A stretch of 64,000 bases of DNA from Escherichia phage vB_EcoP_DE5, in the sequence record MW741821.1; one strand, given 5' to 3'. Numbering within the stretch: the stretch's first letter is position 1; every line of letters starts with the position of its first letter. A program made the position numbers and the translations under genes. Below are positions 37,422-46,814 of this stretch, piece after piece. The notes beneath the pieces are model-generated. The model made no database searches and was not told the origin of the DNA. It saw only the letters and a list, made by a program, of their open reading frames with translations.

Positions 37422-37812
37422 ACAACAACCGCAGGACAGACCACGGGGAAACATAGCAAGATAGTGCGGTAATAATATACCACTTAAATAATCATCAACT
37501 CATAAAAGAAAAGACCATTCGCTACGCTCATAAAGGCACGCTGAAAAAGAAAAGATTAAAAGAAATACAATCATCCACTTAATTAATACATACATCATTA
37601 TTGCACTCATAATCATTACTATTGAAACTATTTACATTCAAACTATGGGGGATGTGGGCTATTACTTATGGGTATTATTAGCCTCTTATGGTAGTGCCTG
37701 TACAGTGCTAGCCTTTCTCTCACTCTCTAAAGGGGAACTAAATAAACGGGTAGCTAATGAATAGGATGGTATACACGGGGAAAGAATAACGGGGAGTAGG
37801 CACGGGGAAACG
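37422..37812. repeat. five copies of (C)ACGGGGA(AA) in two clusters
   Basis: Copies near 37423, 37443, 37775, 37790, 37803; ACGGGGAAAC exact twice; track ORF 37686-37910 here is probably spurious. Confidence 0.45.
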
Positions 37813-37953
37813 CTGGAACGTGGAAGGAGGTGTAAAGGCATTGCCAATAACCCTTTTTTAAATGAGGACTCCCCCCTTTTAGGAAACGCGCGGGAAGCGC
37901 CTAGCCCCACTCGGTCAAATCAGAATTTTAAACTCTTATATATAAGGTTAAGT

Positions 37954-38127
37954 ATGAATCTAATTAAAGTATTTAGACGGATGAAGTGTAAGCACAATTA
38001 CTATCTTCTTCGTAAAGCTTACGGGGATGAAAGAATACATGGTCTCTACCTATCAACATGGAAGTGTAAGGAATGTGGTAAGTTGAGATTCAGTACATGG
38101 GTTGACAGACCAGTCAGTAGGCCTTAA
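37954..38127 (+). CDS. small zinc-ribbon protein
   Basis: 57 aa hand-translated (MNLIKVFRRMKCKHNYY...WKCKECGKL...); first plus-strand gene of right arm. Confidence 0.4.
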   Translation: MNLIKVFRRMKCKHNYYLLRKAYGDERIHGLYLSTWKCKECGKLRFSTWVDRPVSRP

Positions 38128-38434
38128 TGGAAATAATCTTTTGGTTAGTAATAGTCTTCTGTTTATTCATCTGCTTCTCTATAGCAAGATGTATCAAGTA
38201 TGACTAATGACATGGCCTTTATGAAGTCCCCTTTATGACATGCCCTTTACTTCAGCGTACACGGGTTGTTGGTATGAGGTGGCCTTTACGGGTTGGATAT
38301 GACTAGCCCTTTATACTTTTATTCAGAGGATAGAATATGAGGTTTTTAAAAGAACTACACTCCTTGATTTATAAGGACATAGTGTACTCAGTATCCCGCA
38401 ATGCATGGTTCTACCAAAAAGGTGGCAACGGTGA

Positions 38435-38725
38435 ATGGGTAGATTGAATCTTATTCAGAGGAGAAGGATTATGAATTTAATATTAGACTTTTTATCAGAG
38501 ATGGTGCCTCGGTTTAGAACGGAGACATACGCTTTCGTAATCAACAGTGACTCTGAAGATGGGATGGAAGCTACGTGCCTAGGGCGTCTTGTTGATTTAG
38601 ATGATGAAACAGATTTCGATATTACAATTGATGTGAGTAGCTTAGGTTGGCTCTTCTTCAGAGCATTCCGCACTTACAAAGTAGAAACATATAAAGATTA
38701 CAGCAAGGGAGAGACAGATGAATAA
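38435..38725 (+). CDS. acidic hypothetical protein
   Basis: 96 aa; alternative start at 38471 also has an SD. Confidence 0.45.
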   Translation: MGRLNLIQRRRIMNLILDFLSEMVPRFRTETYAFVINSDSEDGMEATCLGRLVDLDDETDFDITIDVSSLGWLFFRAFRTYKVETYKDYSKGETDE

Positions 38726-39287
38726 TTTAATCAAAGCGATGGACCTTAACGAGTATAATTCACAGCTGTGTCGCTCTGGCTGTAGTTTACAGCATTTAGA
38801 AACTATGGGAAACATCTCAGGACTAGCTGTACAAGATTTGTATAGTGGAAGTATTCTTAAACCAAATATTACGGAGAACAAAAACATGTTAGATTTGATT
38901 CATACTACTCGCCCTGATTCTAAAACTAAAACACAACCATCTACTCTGGAAGTAGTTGAATATGAATCTACTAAACATGATCACCTCCCTGACTATGCTC
39001 GTGCAATGATTGAGATGATCGAAGAAGCTGAATATGAAATGCTCCATGATTACATTACCTCCAAAGATGAATGGCATCGTGATGTTCGCATCGAAGAGGA
39101 TGGTACAGAAACAATTACGTGGATTCACAAGAGTGAGTTAGTAGACGACGCACTGCGAGACTACGAAAAATTTTTGGTCGATGGCTCTATTCTTTTAGAG
39201 GAAGAGAAGGGTGTAGAACTTCCGTGGGAGGGTGAGATAGTTACTTTAGGTAAGATGTTTAACCTGTCCGTCAGTAATTGTAAGTAA
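38718..39287 (+). CDS. hypothetical protein
   Basis: 189 aa acidic ORF. Confidence 0.5.
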   Translation: MNNLIKAMDLNEYNSQLCRSGCSLQHLETMGNISGLAVQDLYSGSILKPNITENKNMLDLIHTTRPDSKTKTQPSTLEVVEYESTKHDHLPDYARAMIEMIEEAEYEMLHDYITSKDEWHRDVRIEEDGTETITWIHKSELVDDALRDYEKFLVDGSILLEEEKGVELPWEGEIVTLGKMFNLSVSNCK

Positions 39288-39292
39288 TGTTT

Positions 39293-39316
39293 GCCTCCCT
39301 TGGGAGGCTTTTTGTG
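39293..39316 (+). terminator. Rho-independent terminator
   Basis: Hairpin GCCUCCC-UU-GGGAGGC followed by UUUUUGUG. Confidence 0.55.
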
Positions 39317-39343
39317 TTGTTGATAATGTAGAAGGAGTATAAA

Positions 39344-39817
39344 ATGTTTGGAGAAAACGGAGAACTCACGCCTGCACAGGTAGCTGAGATTACAGGAAGA
39401 TTACCCGGAGTAACGGAAGAACTTGAAGGCCGTGGTATGAACCCAAGCAATGGGAAGTTTCAAAAGGGAAATAAATTCGGACGACCCAAAGGTAGTAGAG
39501 GTAAACTGACACAATTAATGTTGGACCGTGTTGCTGCAAGTCATTTGTCTCCTGATGAAGTGTTAATTCAAATTTACGAAGATCCTAATATTCCACCTGA
39601 TCTTAGATTCAAGGCTGCATCAAAAGTTGCAGATCTGGTATATCCTAAGGCGGCCTCTGTTGAAGTTAAGATTGAGGAAGAGAATGTAATCAACGAAGAA
39701 TCATTGAATGCACAAATCAAGGACTTCTTGACTGGAGCACTTGGTATCGATGTTATGCCTCCAGAAGAAGACAACTCTGAGGACGCTGAAAAGGGGGAGG
39801 AAGCGGACGAGAGTTAA
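39344..39817 (+). CDS. putative terminase small subunit (by position)
   Basis: 157 aa immediately upstream of terminase large subunit; no diagnostic motif. Confidence 0.4.
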   Translation: MFGENGELTPAQVAEITGRLPGVTEELEGRGMNPSNGKFQKGNKFGRPKGSRGKLTQLMLDRVAASHLSPDEVLIQIYEDPNIPPDLRFKAASKVADLVYPKAASVEVKIEEENVINEESLNAQIKDFLTGALGIDVMPPEEDNSEDAEKGEEADES

Positions 39818-39912
39818 TTAAAGGAAGACAGGATAGCGTATTCTGTAAGATGAGAGGGGGAGGTTCTTTGACGAAGGGACTTTCCCTTTTCTATTTTTAA
39901 ACTGGAGGAAGT

Positions 39913-41454
39913 ATGTCATTAGATAAACAAATTTATGAAGCTCTAACTGGTAACAACCTTAGTGTAGACGAAAAGAAAGCACTATTGAATATGTTGAAAG
40001 AGCGTGACCAATGGAGGAAGTATAATAGGATTTTGTCTTTCAAGGCGTATGACTTCCAAAAGAAATTTTATGCAGCAGGATTGAAGCATCGCTTTAGGTT
40101 CTTGTGTGCAGCGAACCGTGTTGGTAAATCTTATAGCGAGGCATACGAGTTTGCTTGTCATGTCACAGGTCGCTACCCAACTTGGTGGACAGGATATAAA
40201 TTTAAAAGACCTATCTTAGCATGGGCAGTTGGTATTACAGGGGATTCCACAAGGAAGGTATTGCAAAAGGAATTGTTTGGTACACCTATCGGAAAGGATA
40301 CAAATTTATTAGGGACAGGTGTCATTCCTCGTGATGCTATCGTCATTGATACGATAGAACGAGATGGTAACAAACTTCAAATCGTACAAATCAAACATCA
40401 AAATGAGAGAGGAGAGTTTGACGGTTTAAGTACATTAGAATTCCGTTCAACCCAACAGGGTGAACACACATTGATGGGTGCAACAGTTGACTACATTTGG
40501 TTAGACGAAGAAGATCCATACGAGTCTATGGCTATATTCGCACAGTGCGTCACACGTACACTCACAACTAAAGGTCTAGTTACAATTACAGCTACACCAG
40601 AGAACGGTTTAACTGAACTGGTAGATAAATTTATGAAAGGTGAAGGAGATGAGAGCACAGGTTCTCTATATTTCCAGAATGCCTCTTGGTGGGATGCTCA
40701 TGCAGACCTAGGTGGACATATCACTGACCAAGATATAAAAGATATGACTGAAGGTATTCCAGCGTGGCAGTTAGAGATGCGTTCGAAAGGTATGCCATTG
40801 TTAGGAAGTGGTTTGATTTATGATGTATCGGATGACACAATTAAATGTGAACCATTCGAAATTCCTGATACGTGGAAACGTGTCTGTGCAATTGATATTG
40901 GTATTGATCACCCAACTGCTGCTGTTTGGACAGCTTACGATGCAAACACGGATACTATCTATGTTTACGACTCATATAAAGAAGGTGGCTTTACTCCAGT
41001 GTATCATGCTCCAGCTATTAATGGTCGTGGTCAGTGGATTCCTGTCATCCTACCGCACGATGCGGACAATATTGAGAAAGGTAGCGGTTCATCTGTTGCT
41101 CAATTCTATAAGAATGCAGGAGTTAACGTACAGAGTGAGACCTTCTACAACAAAATTGGAATGGATGGTAAAAAGAACTTCTTTGTAGAACCGGGAATCA
41201 CAGATATCCGAGAAAGAATGATGAGTGGACGCTTTAAAGTCTTTAACACAGCCGCTAACGCTAAGCTATTCGAAGAGAAAGCTAGATATCACCGTAAGGT
41301 TGGTAAGATTATTAAAGAACATGATGACTTAATGGATGCAATGCGCTATTCAGCGTGCTCTGTTACACATCGTGGTCGCTCTAAGCATGACGTTAGCTAC
41401 GGAAGTGCTTCTTTGTATGAGGCAAACGTAAGCAGATGGAATCAGAGTTACTAA
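39913..41454 (+). CDS. terminase large subunit
   Basis: 513 aa; Walker A-like AANRVGKS, acidic nuclease-type residues downstream, precedes portal. Confidence 0.8.
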   Translation: MSLDKQIYEALTGNNLSVDEKKALLNMLKERDQWRKYNRILSFKAYDFQKKFYAAGLKHRFRFLCAANRVGKSYSEAYEFACHVTGRYPTWWTGYKFKRPILAWAVGITGDSTRKVLQKELFGTPIGKDTNLLGTGVIPRDAIVIDTIERDGNKLQIVQIKHQNERGEFDGLSTLEFRSTQQGEHTLMGATVDYIWLDEEDPYESMAIFAQCVTRTLTTKGLVTITATPENGLTELVDKFMKGEGDESTGSLYFQNASWWDAHADLGGHITDQDIKDMTEGIPAWQLEMRSKGMPLLGSGLIYDVSDDTIKCEPFEIPDTWKRVCAIDIGIDHPTAAVWTAYDANTDTIYVYDSYKEGGFTPVYHAPAINGRGQWIPVILPHDADNIEKGSGSSVAQFYKNAGVNVQSETFYNKIGMDGKKNFFVEPGITDIRERMMSGRFKVFNTAANAKLFEEKARYHRKVGKIIKEHDDLMDAMRYSACSVTHRGRSKHDVSYGSASLYEANVSRWNQSY

Positions 41455-41459
41455 AGTAA

Positions 41460-41489
41460 GGGGGAGGTTTGTCCTCCCTTCTTTTATTT
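41460..41489 (+). terminator. Rho-independent terminator
   Basis: Hairpin GGGAGG-UUUGU-CCUCCC followed by UUCUUUUAUUU. Confidence 0.5.
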
Positions 41490-41515
41490 AAGCTATCAAC
41501 CGAGGGAGAGAATAG

Positions 41516-43759
41516 ATGGCTAAGCAAAAATATAGTGAAGAGGTGTTGGACGAGTTACGTGTTGACCTTCAACGTCGTTTTAATTACGCTCAAGGTTACG
41601 TGGACATGGCTGTTAAGGGCTATGCTCGTGAAGCTTGGGAATATTTCTATGGTAACTTACCTGCACCAGTAACTGCTGGCAGCTCTAGTTGGGTAGATCG
41701 TACTGTTTGGGAATCTGTTAACGGTACATTGCAAGATATTATTAACGTATTCTGTTCTGGTGATGAAGCAGTTACTTTCGTAGCTGACAACCAACAGGAT
41801 TCTGATGCTGCTGATGTAGCAACTAAATTAGTTAACCAAATTCTTCTGCGTGATAATCCGGGATACAATATTATCTCTTCTGCTGCACAAGAATGTCTAG
41901 TTACTCGTAACTCTTTTATCAAGTATTATTGGGATGAACAAACTTCTACTCAAACTGAAGAAGCTGAAGGTGTACCACCGGAAGCATTGGCTGCATATGT
42001 TCAGGGATTAGAAGCTGGTGGACTCAAGAATCTGGAAGTCTTCACTGAAGAAAATGAAGACGGTACAGTAGATGTTAAAGTTACTTACGAACAAACTGTT
42101 AAACGTGTGAAAGTTGAATATGTTCCTTCAGAGCAAATCTTTGTTGACGAACATGCTACCTCTTTTGCAGATGCACAATACTTCTGTCATCGTGTACGTC
42201 GTTCTAAAGAAGATCTGGTTGCTATGGGCTTCCCTAAAGATGAGATTGAAGCATTCAACGACTGGACAGACACGATGGATACCACTCAATCTACAGTTGC
42301 TTGGTCTCGTACTGACTGGCGTCAGGACATTGATGCTGATATTGGTACAGATACCGAAGATATCGCTTCTATGGTTTGGGTTTATGAGCACTACATCCGT
42401 ACTGGTGTTCTAGATAAGAATAAAGAGTCTAAACTCTATCAGGTTATTCAAGCTGGTGAGCATATCCTTCACACTGAAGAAGTAACTCACATTCCGTTTG
42501 TAACTTTTTGCCCGTATCCTATTCCGGGTTCCTTCTATGGTCAATCGGTCTATGACATTACGAAAGATATTCAAGATTTACGTACCGCGTTAGTTCGTGG
42601 TTATATTGATAACGTCAACAATGCTAACTATGGTCGATACAAAGCCCTTGTTGGTGCATACGATCGTCGCTCTCTGCTTGATAACCGTCCCGGTGGAGTG
42701 GTTGAAATGGAACGTCAGGACGCTATTGACCTGTTCCCATACCATAACCTACCTCAAGGTATTGATGGCCTCCTAGGCATGTCTGAGGAGCTTAAAGAGA
42801 CACGTACAGGTGTAACCAAACTAGGCATGGGTATCAACCCTGATGTGTTTAAGAATGATAACGCTTATGCAACCGTAGGCTTGATGATGAATGCTGCACA
42901 GAACCGCCTCCGTATGGTATGTCGTAACATTGCTCACAATGGTATGGTTGAATTGATGCGTGGTATTTACAGCCTTATCAGAGAAAATGGTGAAGTTCCT
43001 ATCGAGGTACAAACCCCTCGTGGTATGATTCAGGTAAACCCAAAACAATTACCAGCTCGTCACAACCTCCAAGTTGTTGTAGCTATCTCTCCTAATGAGA
43101 AAGCAGAACGTGCACAGAAACTGATTAGCTTGAAACAGCTGATTGCAGCAGATGCACAGTTAGCGCCTCTCTTTGGTTTGGAGCAAGATCGTTACATGAC
43201 TGCACAGATCTTTGAGTTGATGGGCATTAAGGACACACATAAATACCTTCTGCCTCTGGAACAGTATCAGCCTCCAGAACCTTCTCCGATGGAAATCCTC
43301 CAGCTCGAGATGACTAAAGCACAGGTTGAGAACGTACAGGCTTCTTCTCAGAAGATGATTGCTGATGCATTCGACCAACGTGAACGTACTACATTCGAAC
43401 AGCAGAAAGCTGCGGATGAATTAAGTCTACGTCAGGAAGAGTTGCAATTCAAGCAAGAAAATGCAGCAGATGCAATGACTCTGGAAAACCGTAAAGAAGA
43501 TAACAATGCTACTCTGGAACAAGCTAAGCACAAGTTAGCTCTTATGCAACAGCAGGTCCGTCAGTATGAATCTGTACTGAAAGAATTGCAGATGGTTATG
43601 TCTCATCAGGTAGACCAAGAGAAGATTGTTCAGCAAGCTCGTGTTCAGGACAAAACTTTGGAACTCCAAAAGAAAGAAGCTAATGTAACTAAGAAAGAGC
43701 AACAAGCTTCTCTCAAAGATTCACGGATTCCAGGCAAACGTCTTGGAAGTAAAAACTAA
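41516..43759 (+). CDS. portal protein
   Basis: 747 aa, between terminase and scaffold/capsid; coiled-coil C-terminus. Confidence 0.65.
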   Translation: MAKQKYSEEVLDELRVDLQRRFNYAQGYVDMAVKGYAREAWEYFYGNLPAPVTAGSSSWVDRTVWESVNGTLQDIINVFCSGDEAVTFVADNQQDSDAADVATKLVNQILLRDNPGYNIISSAAQECLVTRNSFIKYYWDEQTSTQTEEAEGVPPEALAAYVQGLEAGGLKNLEVFTEENEDGTVDVKVTYEQTVKRVKVEYVPSEQIFVDEHATSFADAQYFCHRVRRSKEDLVAMGFPKDEIEAFNDWTDTMDTTQSTVAWSRTDWRQDIDADIGTDTEDIASMVWVYEHYIRTGVLDKNKESKLYQVIQAGEHILHTEEVTHIPFVTFCPYPIPGSFYGQSVYDITKDIQDLRTALVRGYIDNVNNANYGRYKALVGAYDRRSLLDNRPGGVVEMERQDAIDLFPYHNLPQGIDGLLGMSEELKETRTGVTKLGMGINPDVFKNDNAYATVGLMMNAAQNRLRMVCRNIAHNGMVELMRGIYSLIRENGEVPIEVQTPRGMIQVNPKQLPARHNLQVVVAISPNEKAERAQKLISLKQLIAADAQLAPLFGLEQDRYMTAQIFELMGIKDTHKYLLPLEQYQPPEPSPMEILQLEMTKAQVENVQASSQKMIADAFDQRERTTFEQQKAADELSLRQEELQFKQENAADAMTLENRKEDNNATLEQAKHKLALMQQQVRQYESVLKELQMVMSHQVDQEKIVQQARVQDKTLELQKKEANVTKKEQQASLKDSRIPGKRLGSKN

Positions 43760-43768
43760 GGACGTCGA

Positions 43769-44005
43769 ATGAACATTAGACATCAATTTAATAAAGAGCA
43801 CGCCGCCGCTTTGGCGGCTCTCAACCTTAACGGCAGTCTTGACGCAGCATTAGAGGCATTGAAAGAAAGACTCATGACAGAGATAGTTCAAACAGAACCT
43901 CATGAGAATAAGAAACGCGAAGATTGTTATCAAAAGTATAAAATGGTTGGTAGCTTAAAAGAGGTCATAAAAGCTGCTATCAATAGTGCAGGAGATGTTT
44001 CATAA
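43769..44005 (+). CDS. hypothetical protein
   Basis: 78 aa ORF. Confidence 0.45.
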   Translation: MNIRHQFNKEHAAALAALNLNGSLDAALEALKERLMTEIVQTEPHENKKREDCYQKYKMVGSLKEVIKAAINSAGDVS

Positions 44006-45090
44006 TGCCACAAGATAATTATATTGACCCGAACGATTTTAAATCTTTCCTCCAACTGGATGACCTGAAAGGTTCTTTCAAAGAAGAACTCGGTCGATTA
44101 GAATCTGAACAAGAACCAGAAGTGGACATTGACGATGAGTTCCCGGAAAAAGACGGTGACGATTTCGACTTTGATACCGACCTTCTCGGTGAAAGCGATG
44201 TGCTTAAGTTCGAAGATGAAGATGGTTGGGAAGATCATGATGAGGAAGGCGAAGTCGAAGAAGACGAGGACGACTCTGATGAAGGTGCTGAAGACACTGA
44301 AGTAGAAGAGGAAGACTCAAGCGATGCAGGATATGAAGATGATTCTGCTGACGGCGATGGTGAAGTCTTTGATGTAGACTACGAAACCGTTATCACCCTT
44401 CCTGATGGACGTGAGATGACTATTGAAGAACTCTCCAATGGCTATCTTACTGGTGCTGATATGACAGAACGAGAAACTACTCTTCAGCGTCATATGGAAG
44501 CATTCGAGGAACGTGTAGTAGGTTTGAAGGATGTATTAGAACTAGCGTCTTTAGAAGCAGACCGAGTAATTGAAGATTATAACGGTTTTGATTGGGACAA
44601 GCTTGCAGTAGAAGATCCTCAAGCATATGTTGAAAACAAACGTTTCCTAGAGAAGTACACAGCTCGCCGTCAACAGCTTGAACAGGCTCAGGTCCGTATT
44701 AAGCAGGAAGCAGCAGCTAAAGAGCAGGAAGCTTTCCAAGCCAAGAGTATTGAATGTGTTAATATTCTGAAACGTGAGATTCCAAATTGGGATGAAAACT
44801 TATATCAAAACTTAATGCAATACGCAATTGACTTAGGTGCTACTGAAGAAGAAGTATTGAAGGAAAACCGTCCGTCTATTTTCCTAGCTCTCCATAAAGC
44901 ATACCAATTTGATAAAGGTAAGCAACAGGTGATGGCTAAGATTAAACGTCCCGGTGCTCCACGTAAGGTTGTGAAGTCTGATGCTGCAAAGTCTCGCACT
45001 TCCAATAAGCCCGACAACGCTAAGGTTGCCAAGGCATTCGCAGAGGGTCGCGTTAGTCACGAAGACGCATTCAAATTCCTCGTAGATTAA
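44005..45090 (+). CDS. putative scaffolding protein
   Basis: 361 aa, highly acidic (long D/E runs), helical, immediately upstream of capsid gene. Confidence 0.5.
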   Translation: MPQDNYIDPNDFKSFLQLDDLKGSFKEELGRLESEQEPEVDIDDEFPEKDGDDFDFDTDLLGESDVLKFEDEDGWEDHDEEGEVEEDEDDSDEGAEDTEVEEEDSSDAGYEDDSADGDGEVFDVDYETVITLPDGREMTIEELSNGYLTGADMTERETTLQRHMEAFEERVVGLKDVLELASLEADRVIEDYNGFDWDKLAVEDPQAYVENKRFLEKYTARRQQLEQAQVRIKQEAAAKEQEAFQAKSIECVNILKREIPNWDENLYQNLMQYAIDLGATEEEVLKENRPSIFLALHKAYQFDKGKQQVMAKIKRPGAPRKVVKSDAAKSRTSNKPDNAKVAKAFAEGRVSHEDAFKFLVD

Positions 45091-45130
45091 TCGACAAATT
45101 AATTATTAATAGTATAGGAGCTAACATAAC

Positions 45131-46189
45131 ATGGCTAATCCAACTTTATTTGTATCGTATGACCAGAATGGTAAAAAACTTTCTTTTGCTAACTGGATTT
45201 CTGTTCTGTCCCCTCAGGATACCCCGTTCGTATCTATGACCGGTAAAGAGTCTATCAACCAGACTATCTTTAGCTGGCAGACCGATGCACTGGCAAGCGT
45301 TGACGGTAATAACGCACACGTCGAAGGCTCTCGTGCTGAAGACGGCGAAATGAAACCGACCGTTATCAAATCCAACGTTACTCAGATTCTGCGTAAGGTT
45401 GTTCGTGTTTCTGATACTGCTAACACCACCGCTAACTACGGTCGTGGTCGTGAACTGATGTATCAGCTGGAGAAGAAAGGTAAAGAGATCAAGCGTGACC
45501 TCGAGAAAATCCTTCTGTCCGGTCAGGCTCGTACCGACGTTCTGGCTGACCAGTATCTGACTAACTCTGCAACTGATCCTGCTGTTGTTGGTCTGAATGA
45601 CACCCATGCAGCTCGTAAGACTGGTGCATTCCAGTTCCTGTGTGCTCACGGTGGTCTGGCTGGTGGCGTTGTTGACAAGACCAAGAATGGTCCTGCTGAC
45701 CCGGACACTGGTGCAGTAACTGTTAAAGTTGCACAGAATGCTTCTAACCCGACCACTAACATTGGTTTCGACGAAGCTGATATCTTTGATATGACTCTGC
45801 AACTGTATACCGCTGGTTCTGAAGCAGATATCATCATGATTAACCCGGCTCATGCTAAGATCTTTGCTGGTCTGCAAGAAAATACTCAGGGTTCACGTAA
45901 GCGTATCTTTGAGAACACCAAGCAGTTCATCTACGAAGTTAACAGCATCACTGACCCGCTGGGCCAGAGCTACAAAATCATCGTTAACCGTTGGATGCCT
46001 ACCGATGCAGTTTACTTCTTCCGTAGCGCTGACTGGACTCAGATGGTTCTGCGTGCTCCGAAACGTACTGAACTGGCTAAAGACGGTTCTTACGAGAAGT
46101 GGATGATTGAAATGGAAGTTGGTCTGCGTCACCGCAACCCGTATGCTTCCGGCGTTCTGTTCACTGCTGCGGGAAAGGTGGTGGCGTAA
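45131..46189 (+). CDS. major capsid protein
   Basis: 352 aa; position after scaffold, codon usage typical of a highly expressed gene, strong terminator downstream of the extension ORF. Confidence 0.7.
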   Translation: MANPTLFVSYDQNGKKLSFANWISVLSPQDTPFVSMTGKESINQTIFSWQTDALASVDGNNAHVEGSRAEDGEMKPTVIKSNVTQILRKVVRVSDTANTTANYGRGRELMYQLEKKGKEIKRDLEKILLSGQARTDVLADQYLTNSATDPAVVGLNDTHAARKTGAFQFLCAHGGLAGGVVDKTKNGPADPDTGAVTVKVAQNASNPTTNIGFDEADIFDMTLQLYTAGSEADIIMINPAHAKIFAGLQENTQGSRKRIFENTKQFIYEVNSITDPLGQSYKIIVNRWMPTDAVYFFRSADWTQMVLRAPKRTELAKDGSYEKWMIEMEVGLRHRNPYASGVLFTAAGKVVA

Positions 46190-46713
46190 CAGTAGACAGT
46201 GTGACTGTTAGCCCTGCGTCTTTAGCAAGTCTAGAGACAGGGGCTACTCGGCAGTTCACTGCAAGCGCGGAGAAAAGTGATGGTTCTACCGAAACAACTG
46301 GCTTTACTTGGTCAGTGACAGGAGGTGGTTCTATCACTCAGTCGGGTTTGTATACTGCTCCGAGTGCGTCTCAATCCACTGATGTATCCATTACTGCAAC
46401 TTTAGAAGGTGTTTCTGGTACAGCAACCATTTCTGAAATTGTTGCTCCTGCTCCTACTATTGTGAGTCGTGGGCCAATTACAGGTAAAGTAGGTGGTACT
46501 ACCACTAACTTCAACACCATGTTTACTGTAACTAATTCTATTGCTGATGATTACACACTTGTTGTAACTCCCGCAGAAGCTGGTACAATAAGCGCTAATA
46601 ATTCGTTAAAATTAGATGCTGCTGCAAGTGGCGAAGTTACTGTTCAAGCAAGTTTGACAGCTGACCCATCCATCAATGCAACATGCACTTTTACTGGTGT
46701 AACACCTGCTTAA
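46111..46713 (+). CDS. Ig-like (Big_2) C-terminal extension ORF, probably expressed as capsid fusion by -1 frameshift
   Basis: Frame open from 46111, overlapping capsid gene end; slippery heptamer G_GGA_AAG at 46171-46177; hairpin ACAGU-GUG-ACUGU at 46196-46208; Big_2-like VTVSPASLASLETGATRQFTA...FTWSVTGGGSIT. Confidence 0.5.
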   Translation, partial: NGSWSASPQPVCFRRSVHCCGKGGGVTVDSVTVSPASLASLETGATRQFTASAEKSDGSTETTGFTWSVTGGGSITQSGLYTAPSASQSTDVSITATLEGVSGTATISEIVAPAPTIVSRGPITGKVGGTTTNFNTMFTVTNSIADDYTLVVTPAEAGTISANNSLKLDAAASGEVTVQASLTADPSINATCTFTGVTPA

Positions 46714-46720
46714 AACTAGA

Positions 46721-46750
46721 CCCTGCCTTCGGGCGGGGTTTTTTCGTTTT
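46721..46750 (+). terminator. Rho-independent terminator
   Basis: Hairpin CCCUGCC-UUCG-GGCGGGG followed by UUUUUUCGUUUU. Confidence 0.7.
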
Positions 46751-46772
46751 AAGACCTATACAAGCCAGTGTG

Positions 46773-46781
46773 TAATGTATA
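46773..46781 (+). promoter_or_regulatory. putative phage-specific promoter element TAATGTATA
   Basis: Exact 9-mer about 42 nt upstream of ATG at 46815; same 9-mer at 63844-63852. Confidence 0.45.
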
Positions 46782-46814
46782 TTCTTTGTCTACATATAAC
46801 AAGGAGGACAACCT

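Noticed and set aside
37686-37910. 74-aa minus-strand ORF in the region before the late arm
   Set aside because: It overlaps the ACGGGGAAA repeat clusters, has no ribosome-binding site and a Pro/Ser/Leu-rich low-complexity translation; the region is more likely regulatory.
39873-39900. GGGACTTTCCC palindrome upstream of the terminase large subunit as a transcription terminator
   Set aside because: It forms only a short stem (AAGGGA/UCCCUU) with a weak U-tract and sits directly in front of an essential gene; at most an attenuator, not listed as a feature.
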